Shown here in pieces: positions 18,716 through 29,830 of a DNA stretch of 64,000 bases (its first letter is position 1; every line of letters starts with the position of its first letter). The DNA comes from Cyanidioschyzon merolae (taxonomy: Eukaryota). Below the pieces are notes generated by a model. It was not told the origin of the DNA. It did not search any database and was given only the letters and a program-made list of their open reading frames with translations. The stretch is from the NCBI GenBank assembly GCA_000091205.1, contig AP006495.2; one strand, given 5' to 3'. A program made the position numbers and the translations under genes.

Positions 18716-20595
18716 GCCCGTGACTGGTAGGCGATGCTCGTTATTCCTTGCGGGGGCTTGTTTGCGTTTGCGCTCCAGGCCTGAGTTGCTGGTGCTGGTG
18801 CAGCTGAACGCCTGGTATGCACGCATGTTACCGCACCGGGTGCTACACGACGGAGACGCTTTTGTTTGCTGATACAAGTCGTAGGCCGAGCAAGATCGAC
18901 GAGCGATTTGGAAACGAAGAGTCGCATTTTATTGAAACTGTGAGAACGATCACGGAGGATTTTGAGGCTCTAGCTCGCGATAACTATTTTGTGTCGTATT
19001 GTGAGTGCTGAAAAGGACCCGGTCTCTGGCCCGTTGATGAATTGTAGGTAGAAGGCGGCAACCGATGAAGAACATGAGCTTTTCGTGGTTCCCATTTTGG
19101 TTACCTTTTATGGATATGCTGCGTAGTATCATCAGCGACATGGTGTTGTATATGATTTCATGAGCATTGCGTATCCCAGAATTCCGTCTGCGCTCATTCT
19201 GATTGAGATGCTCCGGTGAAACAGGCATTAGATGTCGTTCACGTGAACCGTAACGCCGAGTCTCCGTATGATGTCATTGGGAGGCTTTTTCTCTAGCTTC
19301 ATGCCGTAATTCCGCACAAGATGCAAAAGCCGTTGTACACAGCCCGATGAATATTCTGGCACGACTTTTTTCTCGATGAGCCTGAAGCTTTGTCAGAGCG
19401 ATGCAGCTTCTCCACATTCGCTGCCAGGCGAGTTGACGGTATGGACCTGTCACGTCGAGAGCAGCAAACATTCATTCAAAAGTGTGTGTATGTGTGCCGC
19501 TCACGCTTGCATAACCAGTACTGGAGTGATTTTATAGAGAAACTTATCCCAGGTTCACGCTCCTTATTGCATATTCTCGGGAATCGGTATGCTTTCTGGG
19601 CACGATGCCCGATCGCCTTGGCGGCTCTAAATGCCTCTGTGAGGTACCTCGACGAATGCGTATCGCAGTGCACGGCAGACTATACAATGGATCATAGGCG
19701 CGTTCACGAATCTTGCGTGGACATTGGACGATTGCGCTCACGAGCTACGCAACCTAGAATCGGGGCGGACGCCACGAATGCTTGGATTCAGAAGTGCGAA
19801 ACGATACCCATTGACATCCAGCTCTTGACCGCAGGTTGAATCGAATTGTCTCTGAAACACGCGCTTTTTGGATCGAATCACTATCTCATGATGCAAAAGT
19901 CGGAAACCGGCCACGAGGCGTGGAGTCCACCGTTGATCTTTTATGCACGGCACATGCGCCGCTGGCTGATCACTTTAACGTGATCTATCTACAAAGTTCG
20001 GCAGACTCGTGCGCATATGTACGTCTGGGACAGTGACTCGGCCTTGCTGGATTGCCGCACATACCCAGACACCACCACGTAGGTACTCGCCGCGATCGCA
20101 TTTGCACCGAGTGCATCCAGCGCACAACTTTTTGGACGGCGCTCTAGTTGGAGACGACAGTTCATGGCTGTCTGTCTGCTCTCTCGTTCCCGAGCGCCGA
20201 GAACATGGCAACGCAACCCTCTTTTCGACGTTGCGTTTGCAGCGGTGGATCCACTGGCGATGCCGCTGAGGCGACTCTAAAATCGCGCTCAAAATTGGTA
20301 TCGCCTCACTAAGGCCACCGTACAGCGAATCGTCCCACTGACGCACTACATGCATCACGCGCATAAACGATAACTGGGAATCGATGCAAGAATATCGGCG
20401 ATCGCAGTCACTTTCACTTGTGTGCTCATGGACCGCTAACGTTGTCGCCAACAAGCCGTACGCGCTCCGCACATTGCTGCTGCTCATAGCATCACGCTGC
20501 GTTCCAAAACGGAGCCGCTTCGACTGTTTCCAGCGGCATCCATGAAAGTGCCCGCCAGGCCGCAGTGATTCATGCCCTGGCAAGCGCACAACCGC

Positions 20596-20911
20596 TCACT
20601 GCGATTCGATGTGATCACTGAGGCCCTGGGCGGAGCGCTCACCAGACGCTTGTCGCTCGATACGCTGGCGTTCATCGTCGTATGCACTGGCGCGGCCCGC
20701 TCGCCCCGGAAGCGCTCGATGCGATATCGCAGTCGCTGCGGCGGGCTCGAGACCTCTCCAGCCTCGCCGCTGCAGACGCCCGCCCGCAAAGTCCGAACCG
20801 TGCGCCTCGTTGACAGACAGTACAGCTGAATCGCGTAAAGTGCCCACAGCAGCGCAGTCGCTTATCTGTTCATTGGAATGCGGATCGTGCTGGTGCGCTC
20901 CCGCTGCACTC

Positions 20912-20943
<32 letters not shown>

Positions 20944-21747
20944 CGGGAGGCTCCATCCGGCAATGACCTCCAAGTTGAATGTGTATCGCGCCGGGTCGGT
21001 ACACGCTGACGCCAGGGCCGCCTCATCGGCGATGCTGCACATGATACACGTCTCATAGGGGGTAATGATCGGCTTCCAGTATGCATCGAGACAGGATGCA
21101 ATCGCCCTAAAGTACCCAAGATCACAGAACAGAACGAAAACATCGATTTCAGCGAAATTCGCGAGTTTCTCTGGGGTCAAACTCGTCATATGGAGACAGT
21201 ACACGTTCCGTTCATTGCGTTGCAAAAGCTCCTGTACGCGAGTCACTGCTTCTAGGCAGAATGGTAGGCTGAGATTCACTGTGAGCAGCCCGAATATTCG
21301 AGCGGTTTCTCGAGTGCTTCGCACCACTGCGAACCTCTTCCGCAGAAAGCGGTCTGGCAGTTGTGTAGCGCTTGCCTCCCGTTCGCGAATGCGAGATTCA
21401 CAAACCAGCCTGAGGGAACGATCGACGTAGATCACAGGTAGATCGGAGAGAACACGGCGGCCTTCGTCAGTAGCCTGGAAGTAGATGAGCGCGTCAGCGC
21501 TTGCCCGTAAACCCGATACCTCTTCGCGTTCGAGGGGACCGCTCTGCTCCAGCGACAAAAAGAGCTCGATTTCCGATTCATCTGGTTGTGCCTGTCGCCA
21601 AAGCTCATCCTGAAGCAGCCACAGCAGCTTTGGTGCGCTAACCAGCAGCTCCGTGTCAAAGCGACAGACGAGGCGGCGTACCCTTCGAGCTCGCAACGCC
21701 CTCGCTAACTCCGTGATTGCCGCCCGATCTCCCACGGTCTCAACCAT
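20596..21747 (-). CDS. DPH2: Diphthamide biosynthesis protein 2 (DPH2, Diphthamide_syn family)
   Basis: Matches to DPH2 include 'RRVRRLVCRFDTELL' (human DPH2 'RVALQFPDQLL'), 'ADALIYF', 'KLANFAEIDVFVLF' (human 'KLANFPEVDVFVLL'), 'WKPIITPYE' and the C-terminal 'GRAGRASAYDDE' (human 'GRRGIAIAYEDE'). It lacks the CC motif of catalytic DPH1. It carries a poly-Ser tract encoded by a (GAT)n microsatellite. Confidence 0.75.
20912..20943. repeat. Microsatellite (gat)n ~x10 inside DPH2 coding sequence (poly-Ser on minus strand)
   Basis: 'gatgatgatgatgatgatgatgatgatga'. Confidence 0.9.
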
Positions 21748-21999
21748 AGGGCCGAGACAATCCCACGAGATTCCTGAGTTAGGGCGTGCTCTCTGGTCCA
21801 GAGACCAATGTTGAACTTGCAGAGACGTTCCCGGAACTGCAACAATACCTGCGTTCTACGAAGCGAAAACGCTTCACGGCCACGGGATCAATGAATACCC
21901 TACGTGCAGATGCCTCCCAGTCGCTTCCGACCGGCCACCTGTTATCGGTTTCAGCTGGTCGTCATGCAACTCGACCCTGAGAGGCTGCTCCACAAAGTT

Positions 22000-22450
22000 G
22001 GATCACGTCAACTCCTCTGGCCTCGTCCTCAACACAATACATAGTCTGACATTGATGTCGGCGTTGACGTCTCGGTTCACGAACTGCATGCGTTTATTGC
22101 CGCTGGCGGAACGCATCAATGCAGGGATTCCTCGAACTCGCGCCCTCTGTGCCACTAAAGTCTCTTCATCGTCCCGTCGGGCTAACATTGCTTCTCGCCT
22201 GTCTCCGCTCTAGTTTTTCTTCTTCTTCGCCGTCAAATGCTCTTCGTCGCTCGATGGTCGGCAGAAAGAGAATTTTCTAGTTCTTTTTTCTCGGTAATCG
22301 GCGACACCTGGCTTCCAGGAACCTCGACTTTTATCCCTAGACCTTTTCCATCATCATTTCATTTCTGCATATGAACGAACTTGGGATCCATCTGCGATCA
22401 ACCGCGAAAAAGCATGTAACAAGACGATCCTGGGAGTGAAATACAAATGA
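22000..22450 (-). mobile_element. TnpB/Fanzor-like repeat family, copy B (short 3'-terminal fragment)
   Basis: 'RREAMLARRDDEETLVAQRARVRGIPALMRSASGNKRMQFVNRDVNADINVRLCIVLRTRPEELT' aligns with copy A 'RQRSPEDRKKYGALTEQQVERGAKVRGLLALVSTTSDGKKCMEFVNRDSNAAINTRRCAVLETRPPDFT'. An in-frame TAG lies just upstream. It sits in the divergent intergenic region between DPH2 and the 2OG-oxygenase gene. The upstream extent is approximate. Confidence 0.45.
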
Positions 22451-22652
22451 GTTGAGAGTCTACAAGCCCGCAACGCCTGCACATCACAGAATCCCGAGAC
22501 TCTCCATCGAGAGGGTAGCGTTCGGAAAGGCATCGAGCGTGCGTGCGCGCATGGAGACGGCGGTCACGGAATTCCCCGACTCTTCTGTCGCAAAGCGACG
22601 CTTGTTTCCCGCGCTTTTTTATGAGCACTGAATCCGCCAGATAAAATCTTCC

Positions 22653-23795
22653 ATGGTGCAAGTTGAGCTACCGGTTGTGGACATCAGTTCGTATCGTTGT
22701 TACCATAACGAAACTGGTTCTGCCAACAGTAGCAATGCTTCGCTTCCTGTGGATATTGAGCGCGAGTGCTTTTGCATCGCCCAAGCGCTGGCTCGCTACG
22801 GGGCAGTTGTTATCAGAGACACCACGGTTTCTGCGGAAGAGAACAATGCCTTCATCGAGCTTATGGCCTCATATTTCGCGCACCCTGACAAGGCAGAAGA
22901 CGCACGGCCTCAGCTGAACTATCAAGTGGGCTGGACACCAGCCTTTACAGAGCGACCCCGACCCATTCCTGCGGACTTTCACGGCGATGCGCCGGTCACG
23001 CCCCGACCTCAATCGGTACCGCCCATTACCTCACAGGATCCGAAAGAGCGGTTTCTATGGCGCATCGGTCCGCGCCCTGCGACTTCACGTTTTCCAGAAC
23101 AAAACGCACCGCCAGTAGTTCCTCGACGCTTTGCCGAACGTTGGTCGCAGATCATGGACCGCTGGGGACATCGCCTCCTAGATGCGATTCAGCTCGTTGC
23201 AGAGATGGTCGCATTGGGACTCGGACTGGGGCGCGACGCCTTTACATCCCGCATGAAAGACGGACCGCACCTGCTGGCACCAACCGGCTCGAATTTGAGC
23301 GGTCTCCTGGACAGACCGAATACCGTCTTGGCTGGCTTTCACTATGATTTGTGCTTCCTCACCATTCATGGGAAATCGAATGCCCCTGGCCTGTATCTGT
23401 GGACAAGAGAGGGTTCTCGTTTCCCAGCGAAAGTGCCGCCGGGATGTCTCCTAGTACAGGCGGGGCTGGAGTTGGAGTGGTTAACAGGCGGTCTCATTCA
23501 GCGCGGCTACCATGAAGTAGTTGCGGATGAGGCGGCCTTGGCGCTTGCAAAGGCTCATATGGAGCAGCAGCATGATGCAACTGGGAAGCAACGTCGTCCA
23601 TTCTGGCGCATTAGTTCGACGCTTTTCGCGCACATTGCTTCAGATCAGGTTCTTGAACCGCTTGCGGGTTTGGCGGGCGTGACGGACTCGAGCCGTGTCA
23701 AGTATCCCCCTATTTTGGCAGGCGACCTTGTTCGGCGGGAGCTCATGGCGATTTCGTTGTGTCCATCTGCGACTGCAACGGACACAGCGTCGTGA
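22653..23795 (+). CDS. 2-oxoglutarate/Fe(II)-dependent dioxygenase superfamily protein
   Basis: 'LPVVDIS' N-terminal motif typical of DIOX_N. A candidate HxD...H iron-binding triad is present ('GFHYDLCFLTIHG' ... 'GYHEVV'). Confidence 0.65.
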   Translation: MVQVELPVVDISSYRCYHNETGSANSSNASLPVDIERECFCIAQALARYGAVVIRDTTVSAEENNAFIELMASYFAHPDKAEDARPQLNYQVGWTPAFTERPRPIPADFHGDAPVTPRPQSVPPITSQDPKERFLWRIGPRPATSRFPEQNAPPVVPRRFAERWSQIMDRWGHRLLDAIQLVAEMVALGLGLGRDAFTSRMKDGPHLLAPTGSNLSGLLDRPNTVLAGFHYDLCFLTIHGKSNAPGLYLWTREGSRFPAKVPPGCLLVQAGLELEWLTGGLIQRGYHEVVADEAALALAKAHMEQQHDATGKQRRPFWRISSTLFAHIASDQVLEPLAGLAGVTDSSRVKYPPILAGDLVRRELMAISLCPSATATDTAS

Positions 23796-26356
23796 GCTGA
23801 ATACCGATGGCTTGCCACGAGCCGTTCGTCTCATGTGTGCTCGCCTCTGCTGCCTTGGACGTCCGTCGCAGACGGAACAACGAGTGAGCGGAACGCAGCA
23901 GGTGCGTTGAAAGTTTGCCTGCTCGCGACTGCTCAAACAATAAGGCCCTAATAACGTTTTGATGAATCTTTCTACCGAGATGTGTTTTCGGAAAGTGCAC
24001 GGCGCACGTTCGGTGCTCGAGTCATTGAGCAGTTACCCGCTTTGCGAGCTATTCTCGCAAACGCGAAGGTGATGTATTCCAGCAATGTATGCTGCATCTC
24101 CTGCGAAAAGGAGCTTCGAACGTCCCGTAGGCCTCTGGAATACAACGTCTCCTCCAGTGCTGCTACATGGACACAGGGAATCGCATGTAAGCGCCATGCT
24201 GGGGCACACGTTCGGTGCCGTGTTGGAAAATGCCCCTCTGTCACGCCACGAGGAAAGAGGGTCAAACTTTTGGACGGCATGCGGGCAACGATAGCCGCAC
24301 TGGATCACTTTACAATACCATGTGTGATTGTAAATAAGTGTTCACGGGCGACTACCATGCCAACCGCCATGACATCACTTATCTAAGCAGCTCTGATAGT
24401 TCGCCTTAAGCGAGACGACACCGAAGCGCATGGTGTTGAATTACTCAAAGATACCTATGAAAAAGTTTCCACGAGCTGTGCTCACAACATCCGCAATGAG
24501 ATAACAATTCTGAGTAGGACTTGCATTTACCCCAAACCCACGTTATGATTATGGAATGGAGCGGGTCCGTTCATCTACATCGTGCACACATTCTAAAGTT
24601 TTGTATGCTTCCCAGTTTCATCAACACAAGCATTTGCGGGCCTTCTCAGCGACTGTTTCCTTTCCCTCTCTCTACGATCTAGCTTCCAATACGCTGTTCT
24701 CTCTTGCTGCTCCAGCACGGTTGTCAGCAGTTGAAGCGTGCCGATGCCAGTGCCCGATTCACAATTTTACTCCTTCCATTTTGCTGTCTATGCAGGCCAT
24801 GCACGGATGCCAGTGCCCGATTCACACTGCCCGTGACATTTTCATCATCTCTGTAGACAGCGTCGATGCACTCGCAGCAGCGATGACACCTGACTTTAAC
24901 GGGACGCTCTCCTGTGTCTACCGAACCTCCTCGTCATCTGAGCGCCGACCTGCGACCAGAGACGTTCGCTTCGTCGCTCGCTACAAGCGCCTGACGGGTC
25001 CAGAAGACTCATCGCAATGCTCTCCTCGGCTTCCGCGTGCGATGCGGTACCCTGCGCTGACGGACTGCCCCCAGACTATCCCCTTGGCGAGTGCTCTGTC
25101 CGATGCATGCGCAAGCGCGTTATGTTCTTTTTGATGGATGATTTCTCGTGCGCGAGGTTGTCCATGATAAAACAAGTACCGGAACGAACATGCAGGCTGG
25201 AGATCAAGTCGAGCGCTTTGGATCCGCGTACGCTCCCTCGTTGCAAAACGATAACGTACGCTGCACTCGGAGCGATCGCTTTGATCACTAAAATCCGAGT
25301 CCAAAGCCCCGCTTTCCACCCAAACAGACGATACGAGAGCCTTCTGATAGCGTTTCCAGCTACAGGTATGATGTTGGCCCCGAATAACGTCTCGTCAATG
25401 GCCGGAAAAATAGTATGATTCCGGTTTCGAACGGAGTCGGTTATTTTTCGTGACAAGGTCAGTGAAAGTTCGACACGAGCTCGTGAACGACTCGTCCCTG
25501 GTCAACGTCGCGTATTCCTCAATGCCAACGAAGGGGCGTGAATGATTGCACACATACGTTGGTTCAAACTAGATAGATCGAGAGTTTGAGGAATGTGTGA
25601 TAGGAGCATACTGCACGTAAGAAAACTACAAGACTTGGCGCTTGTACGAAGGAATTGCTTCATGATGCAGATTATGTAACGAACCCGTGTTCAAGGACGT
25701 TGCGAATGACCCTGAATCCGGTGAAATCACGAATTCTTGCAGCAAGGCGTCGAGTGAGCCTCGCCCAACCGATATCCGAGAAACCTAAAACGAACCATAC
25801 ATCCGTAAGCCCTAATTACTGCACTTCGAATATTTGGGTTATGCTTCTCGAAACAAGTTCGAAAGAAATTCCAAGGCAGGAGCAGAGCCAGCAATACAGC
25901 ATTCCGTGGTAATCGGACGCACGTGTGTCGACCGGACAGCCCCAGCATCCAGATTCGTCGCATCGCTAGGCACCTCGCTGTTTCGAAATCCCCCAACGTG
26001 CAGCTCCAGTTTTCATTTCATTTACAGAGAACAAGGAGATCGGATTTTTGGTCTGGAGCAGTCCAGCTCATTCCACGGAAAGTGAACGAACAATCCGAGA
26101 CCCTGAAAAGCACACCTGCTCGATCGTCTATGTTCATGTGAGGGTTTTCGATGCGTCATAGAAAGATACGCATACAAGCGATGAAAAGCGGTCATACATC
26201 TTGCGGCGCTGCTACCGTCAAGCGACACATCTCGGTCCATGATAGGATTCGGACCCCAAGTCGATGCACTCGCTGCAAATGCTAGCGCCACGATGTGAAG
26301 AGCAATGCAATGAAGCAGCTGGGTGACGAACGCTTGCGTTTGCGCGGGTGCTGGGT

Positions 26357-26416
26357 CGTCACCATCACCGTCACCATCACCGTCACCATCACCGTCACCA
26401 TCACCGTCACCATCAC
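26357..26416. repeat. Hexanucleotide microsatellite (gtcacc/atcacc)n ~x10
   Basis: 'gtcaccatcaccgtcaccatcaccgtcaccatcaccgtcaccatcaccgtcaccatcac'. Confidence 0.9.
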
Positions 26417-26636
26417 TACTACTCTTACGACTACCATGCGGTGTGCCGGAGCAGCTGTCCAGCCATGGATCAGCGCATGCGAGCAATACCGCGGTCAAAG
26501 CGATGGAATGCAGCTGTGCTAGCCCCAGTGCGCAGTAAAGAAGCAGAACAGAAGCAGAATTTGAAGTATACTCTGGTCCACTCTTGGCCAATGGAGCGAA
26601 CCATCTACCCAGGCAAACGCGCGTATGCGAGTGCTG

Positions 26637-28451
26637 TTACAAGTACCGCTGTCGGGCTGCATCCTTGTCAGCACCACGGTTCAACGCTTCGGTTGAAGCA
26701 GTCTCGTGACCCCAGAGCAGGCGCACGGAACCCGTGTACCAGAGGATCCGGGAGATATCCCAGCCCGCTTCGCGGAGCTGTCCGAGGAGCGGATGTGGGT
26801 CCGGTGGCGGCCAGTCACGTCCACCTGACTGCCACACGTGCAGCAGCGCCTGCAGAATGTCCACCACCTGTGCATCACAATGGAGAGCGATAAGGAAGTC
26901 ATCAGCGCGACCCTGGGTTCGGTGATAAGGACGACGTGCCCGTCGTGCCAACAAGTACCGAAGCTTTGGATCGCCCAGAAAACGTTCCCAACCGGCTGGC
27001 TTTTCAGTGGAATGCGCTGTTGCGCCATCTCCGGACTTGCTCGAAATCGTGGCACGGGCAAGATGCTCAGGGCGTCCCTGCCCTGTTCCTTCGTACGGAT
27101 CCGAAAGTAACTCATTTAGCGAGTTCACGAAGCGAATCCGATATACATGAGACCAGGGTCTCAGAAAAGACTTTTGCTCTGCTGCATTTGCCTCGGCGAT
27201 GGACGGCACTCGCTTACCGCTACTCGCGGTGTAAACGTTCAAAACGTATTCGAGGCGCGTTCGGTTCAACGTGCGCAGCTCGAGTCGAATGACGCTCTGG
27301 TACGTCGCATACAAATGTCCTGCACTGAGTAATCCATACGCCATCACCAGAGCAGAGGCATCGTGACTTGTTACTGCGGAGACCGCGATGCCGGCTCCGA
27401 TCCCGGACAGACGCCCGACCACTACTTGAGATTCACTTTTCGACGACACGTCGCCGCTATTATTTCGAATGCTGAAATGATAGAGAAACACGCGATATGC
27501 TGGGCCCGTTGCAACATCCGCAGCCTTGCGAAGCAGGTTCCCGGTCGAAGCTAGAGCCAAAAACCAGGGTGGAAACGCCAGCGTCAGCATTTCGAAGAGC
27601 GTGCCCAGCGCCATCACAAAGTCACCGTAGAAACGGAAACGTTTCGGATCGTTATCCACGCGCGGTGCGAGCTGCGTAGCCAAAGCTACTTTTGCAAAAT
27701 AACCAAGGCCGTCTTTCAGTATCCACTTCCAGGCAGCAGCGAGAGGCAGCGCGCTTGCTCCCCCGACACCCAGAGCCAGAAGCATGGACTGGGTTCCAAG
27801 AACCTCTGCCGCCTCTAGCAGTGTATGTCGCAGGATATTCCAGCGCCAAAACCGATCATAATCGCTCGACACAGCTGAAGGATAGTCGGCGGGTAGCAGT
27901 AGTGTTTGCACGAGGCGCTGAGGCCAGTTCTCAGGCCGGGTCACGGCAGTGCCGGCTGGTGGCTCAGGGACGACTCGCCAGTGCCGCTGTTCTTCGTCGT
28001 GCAAGAAGACCCTGCTGCGCCCACTTGCTTGATTTCTCTCTTCGATAAAGTATTTCGCGAAAAGGGCGCTTCTGCTCCAGCTGCTCTGTGAAGCGCGTGC
28101 TCGTCTGCGAGGCCACAGCTGTGTAGCCTCGTTCAAGCCGCTGCACCCGCCGTGAACGTAAGCGCTGAGCTGCTGCAAACGCTTTCGGTCCATGCACCCA
28201 GACAGAGAAGGGTGAACGTTCGACACGGGTAGCACCGAAGCGCTTGCAAGATCATATAATCCTTGAAGCACTGCGGTCTTGCACGAGCGCCTGCCGCAAG
28301 CCACGAAGAGCTGTTCCCGTAAAGTTTGAACGCAATGTTTCGGGACAACGGCTGCATGTGATCGCGTGCTATCTGGTACTGCACAGCAGGAGCTCGAAAA
28401 GACGATGCAATGTACCGTATAGAACATAGACGAATAGCCTGTTGGATACAT
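26637..28451 (-). CDS. RUS1 / DUF647 family protein (ROOT UV-B SENSITIVE-like); start codon ambiguous
   Basis: The DUF647 core 'LLLPADYPSAVSSDYDRFWRWNILRHTLLEAAEVLGTQSMLLALGVG' matches the RUS-family motif (as I recall it, approximately) 'LPxGYPxSVxxDYxxYQxWD...'. The first ~50 nt of the ORF (28400..28451) are homologous to the flank of repeat copy D, so the true start may be a downstream Met (e.g. 'MDRKRLQQLSAY'). Confidence 0.75.
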   Translation of the reverse strand: MYPTGYSSMFYTVHCIVFSSSCCAVPDSTRSHAAVVPKHCVQTLREQLFVACGRRSCKTAVLQGLYDLASASVLPVSNVHPSLSGCMDRKRLQQLSAYVHGGCSGLNEATQLWPRRRARASQSSWSRSALFAKYFIEERNQASGRSRVFLHDEEQRHWRVVPEPPAGTAVTRPENWPQRLVQTLLLPADYPSAVSSDYDRFWRWNILRHTLLEAAEVLGTQSMLLALGVGGASALPLAAAWKWILKDGLGYFAKVALATQLAPRVDNDPKRFRFYGDFVMALGTLFEMLTLAFPPWFLALASTGNLLRKAADVATGPAYRVFLYHFSIRNNSGDVSSKSESQVVVGRLSGIGAGIAVSAVTSHDASALVMAYGLLSAGHLYATYQSVIRLELRTLNRTRLEYVLNVYTASSGKRVPSIAEANAAEQKSFLRPWSHVYRIRFVNSLNELLSDPYEGTGQGRPEHLARATISSKSGDGATAHSTEKPAGWERFLGDPKLRYLLARRARRPYHRTQGRADDFLIALHCDAQVVDILQALLHVWQSGGRDWPPPDPHPLLGQLREAGWDISRILWYTGSVRLLWGHETASTEALNRGADKDAARQRYL

Positions 28452-29830
28452 ATTCTTTATGGAAGTGTGCGCACGGAAGACTGTATCCCTCCTTCAGGTC
28501 AGTCATCATATTGTACGGTGATGCTTGAGGAGCCCTGAAAGACATCGATAGATGCGCGCTGCAGGAAAAGCTGGCATTGTCGATGACTGGGCAATGGTAG
28601 ACAGCGGCCCGTTGATCACCTTACGGAAAGCAAAAGCGACGATAGAAAGCACAACGGCTGTCCCTGTTTCTCAACAGCTTGTTTATGTGGTCGTGAATAC
28701 ACCGGGATACAGTGACAAAAAAGTCCCAGGTTTTGCATGGCCATCTTGCCCCGAAACAGCAACCAAAGAGTTCCCGGAATCTCACTATCCATGTAATGGA
28801 GAGGGAACTCGGTTTGTTTTCCCAGTCAATGAGGCTTGCTTCGGACGAAATGATCGAAGCGTTCATGGGTATTCGAGGTGAAGCGAGCCTGTTGTATGTA
28901 CGATCGAACTCGTAGAGAATGAGAACATCACCATCTGTTCTTGCTGTCGTAGACTGATTCGGCGGCCTCAGTTTCGCTTGTATACATGGCTCGAAGAACA
29001 GAACCCACTTCATCGAATCATTGAAGACCTGTCCCTGACGTCTGGCGACGTCCCTCTACCGGACGACATGGTACTCTACCATTCTCCTGACGTTCGACCT
29101 TCCTCCGATTCTGCCGGGACGTAGCTGCTTTTGATTCCTACGTACTCTCCGTGCTTCAACTCCATCGCAGGAGTAGTTTCTATTGTGAAACGTGTGATGA
29201 TCGCTCCACTGGGCAAATCGATGAAGCATTCAGCACACTGTGACATATCGGCGGCATATCTCGCCTTCTTCCGAAAGTCCTTCACGCTCCGGGGCGGTCG
29301 CCGCGTAGCGGCATAAACAAGTGCGTTCATTTGAAGAAATGAAAAATCCAGGGAAAAGGTATGAACATGGGCGTCGAAGATCCCGGCGAGCCGTCATCAC
29401 CGGATTCGACAACATGAAAACGAAAACATCCTCTTCTGGCGGCCCATCGAGCGAAGGAATGCAGGTGACGAAGATGAAGATGAAAAAAGGGAGATACGCG
29501 TGTAAAGTCGCTTGCCCAACGGGACGACGACGAGACTCTTGCGGCACAGAAGGCACAAGTTCTGGCAATCCTTGCATTGGTTAGTTCACCCAGATGAAAT
29601 AAACGCGTGGATTTCGTGTGCAGAGACTTCAATGCCGCCATTCATATTAGACGATGTGTGGTGCTGAAGACACGACTCGCAGAGCGGACGCGATCCAATA
29701 TTGTGGAGCAGCTTGTCAGGCTCGAAACGCACGAGGAGAAGTTGCAGCCGATAGCAATCGACAGGTCGGCAAAGGCTGCACGGCGTCTTTCCGCCTGTAT
29801 TGATTTACCGTGTGGTTGCGAAACGTCTTT
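28400..29830 (+). mobile_element. TnpB/Fanzor-like repeat family, copy C (~1.4 kb, 5'-truncated, degenerate)
   Basis: DNA-level homology with copy D runs over about 1.4 kb. It starts at 'acgatgcaatgtaccgtatagaac' (copy D 'acgatgtaatgtgttttatagacc') and continues through 'gaggagccctgaaagacatcgatagatgcgcgctgcag', 'ccagtcaatgaggcttgcttcgg...gggtattcgaggtgaagcgagcctgttgtatgtacgatcgaac' and 'tctattgtgaaacgtgtgatgatcgctccactgggc'. It ends with '(M)DFVCRDFNAAIHIRRCVVLKTRLAERTRSNIVEQLV', a RuvC-III-like motif. Upstream, 'YACKVACPTGRRRDSCG' is in a shifted frame. Confidence 0.5.

Noticed and set aside
19975-20589. 204-aa minus-strand ORF immediately downstream of DPH2
   Set aside because: Cys/Arg-rich with no domain pattern. 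It would sit in DPH2's 3' flank. Likely spurious.
26022-26591. 189-aa minus-strand ORF containing (GD)n
   Set aside because: The (GD)n is simply the CACCGT/CACCAT microsatellite read in frame. No recognisable domain.
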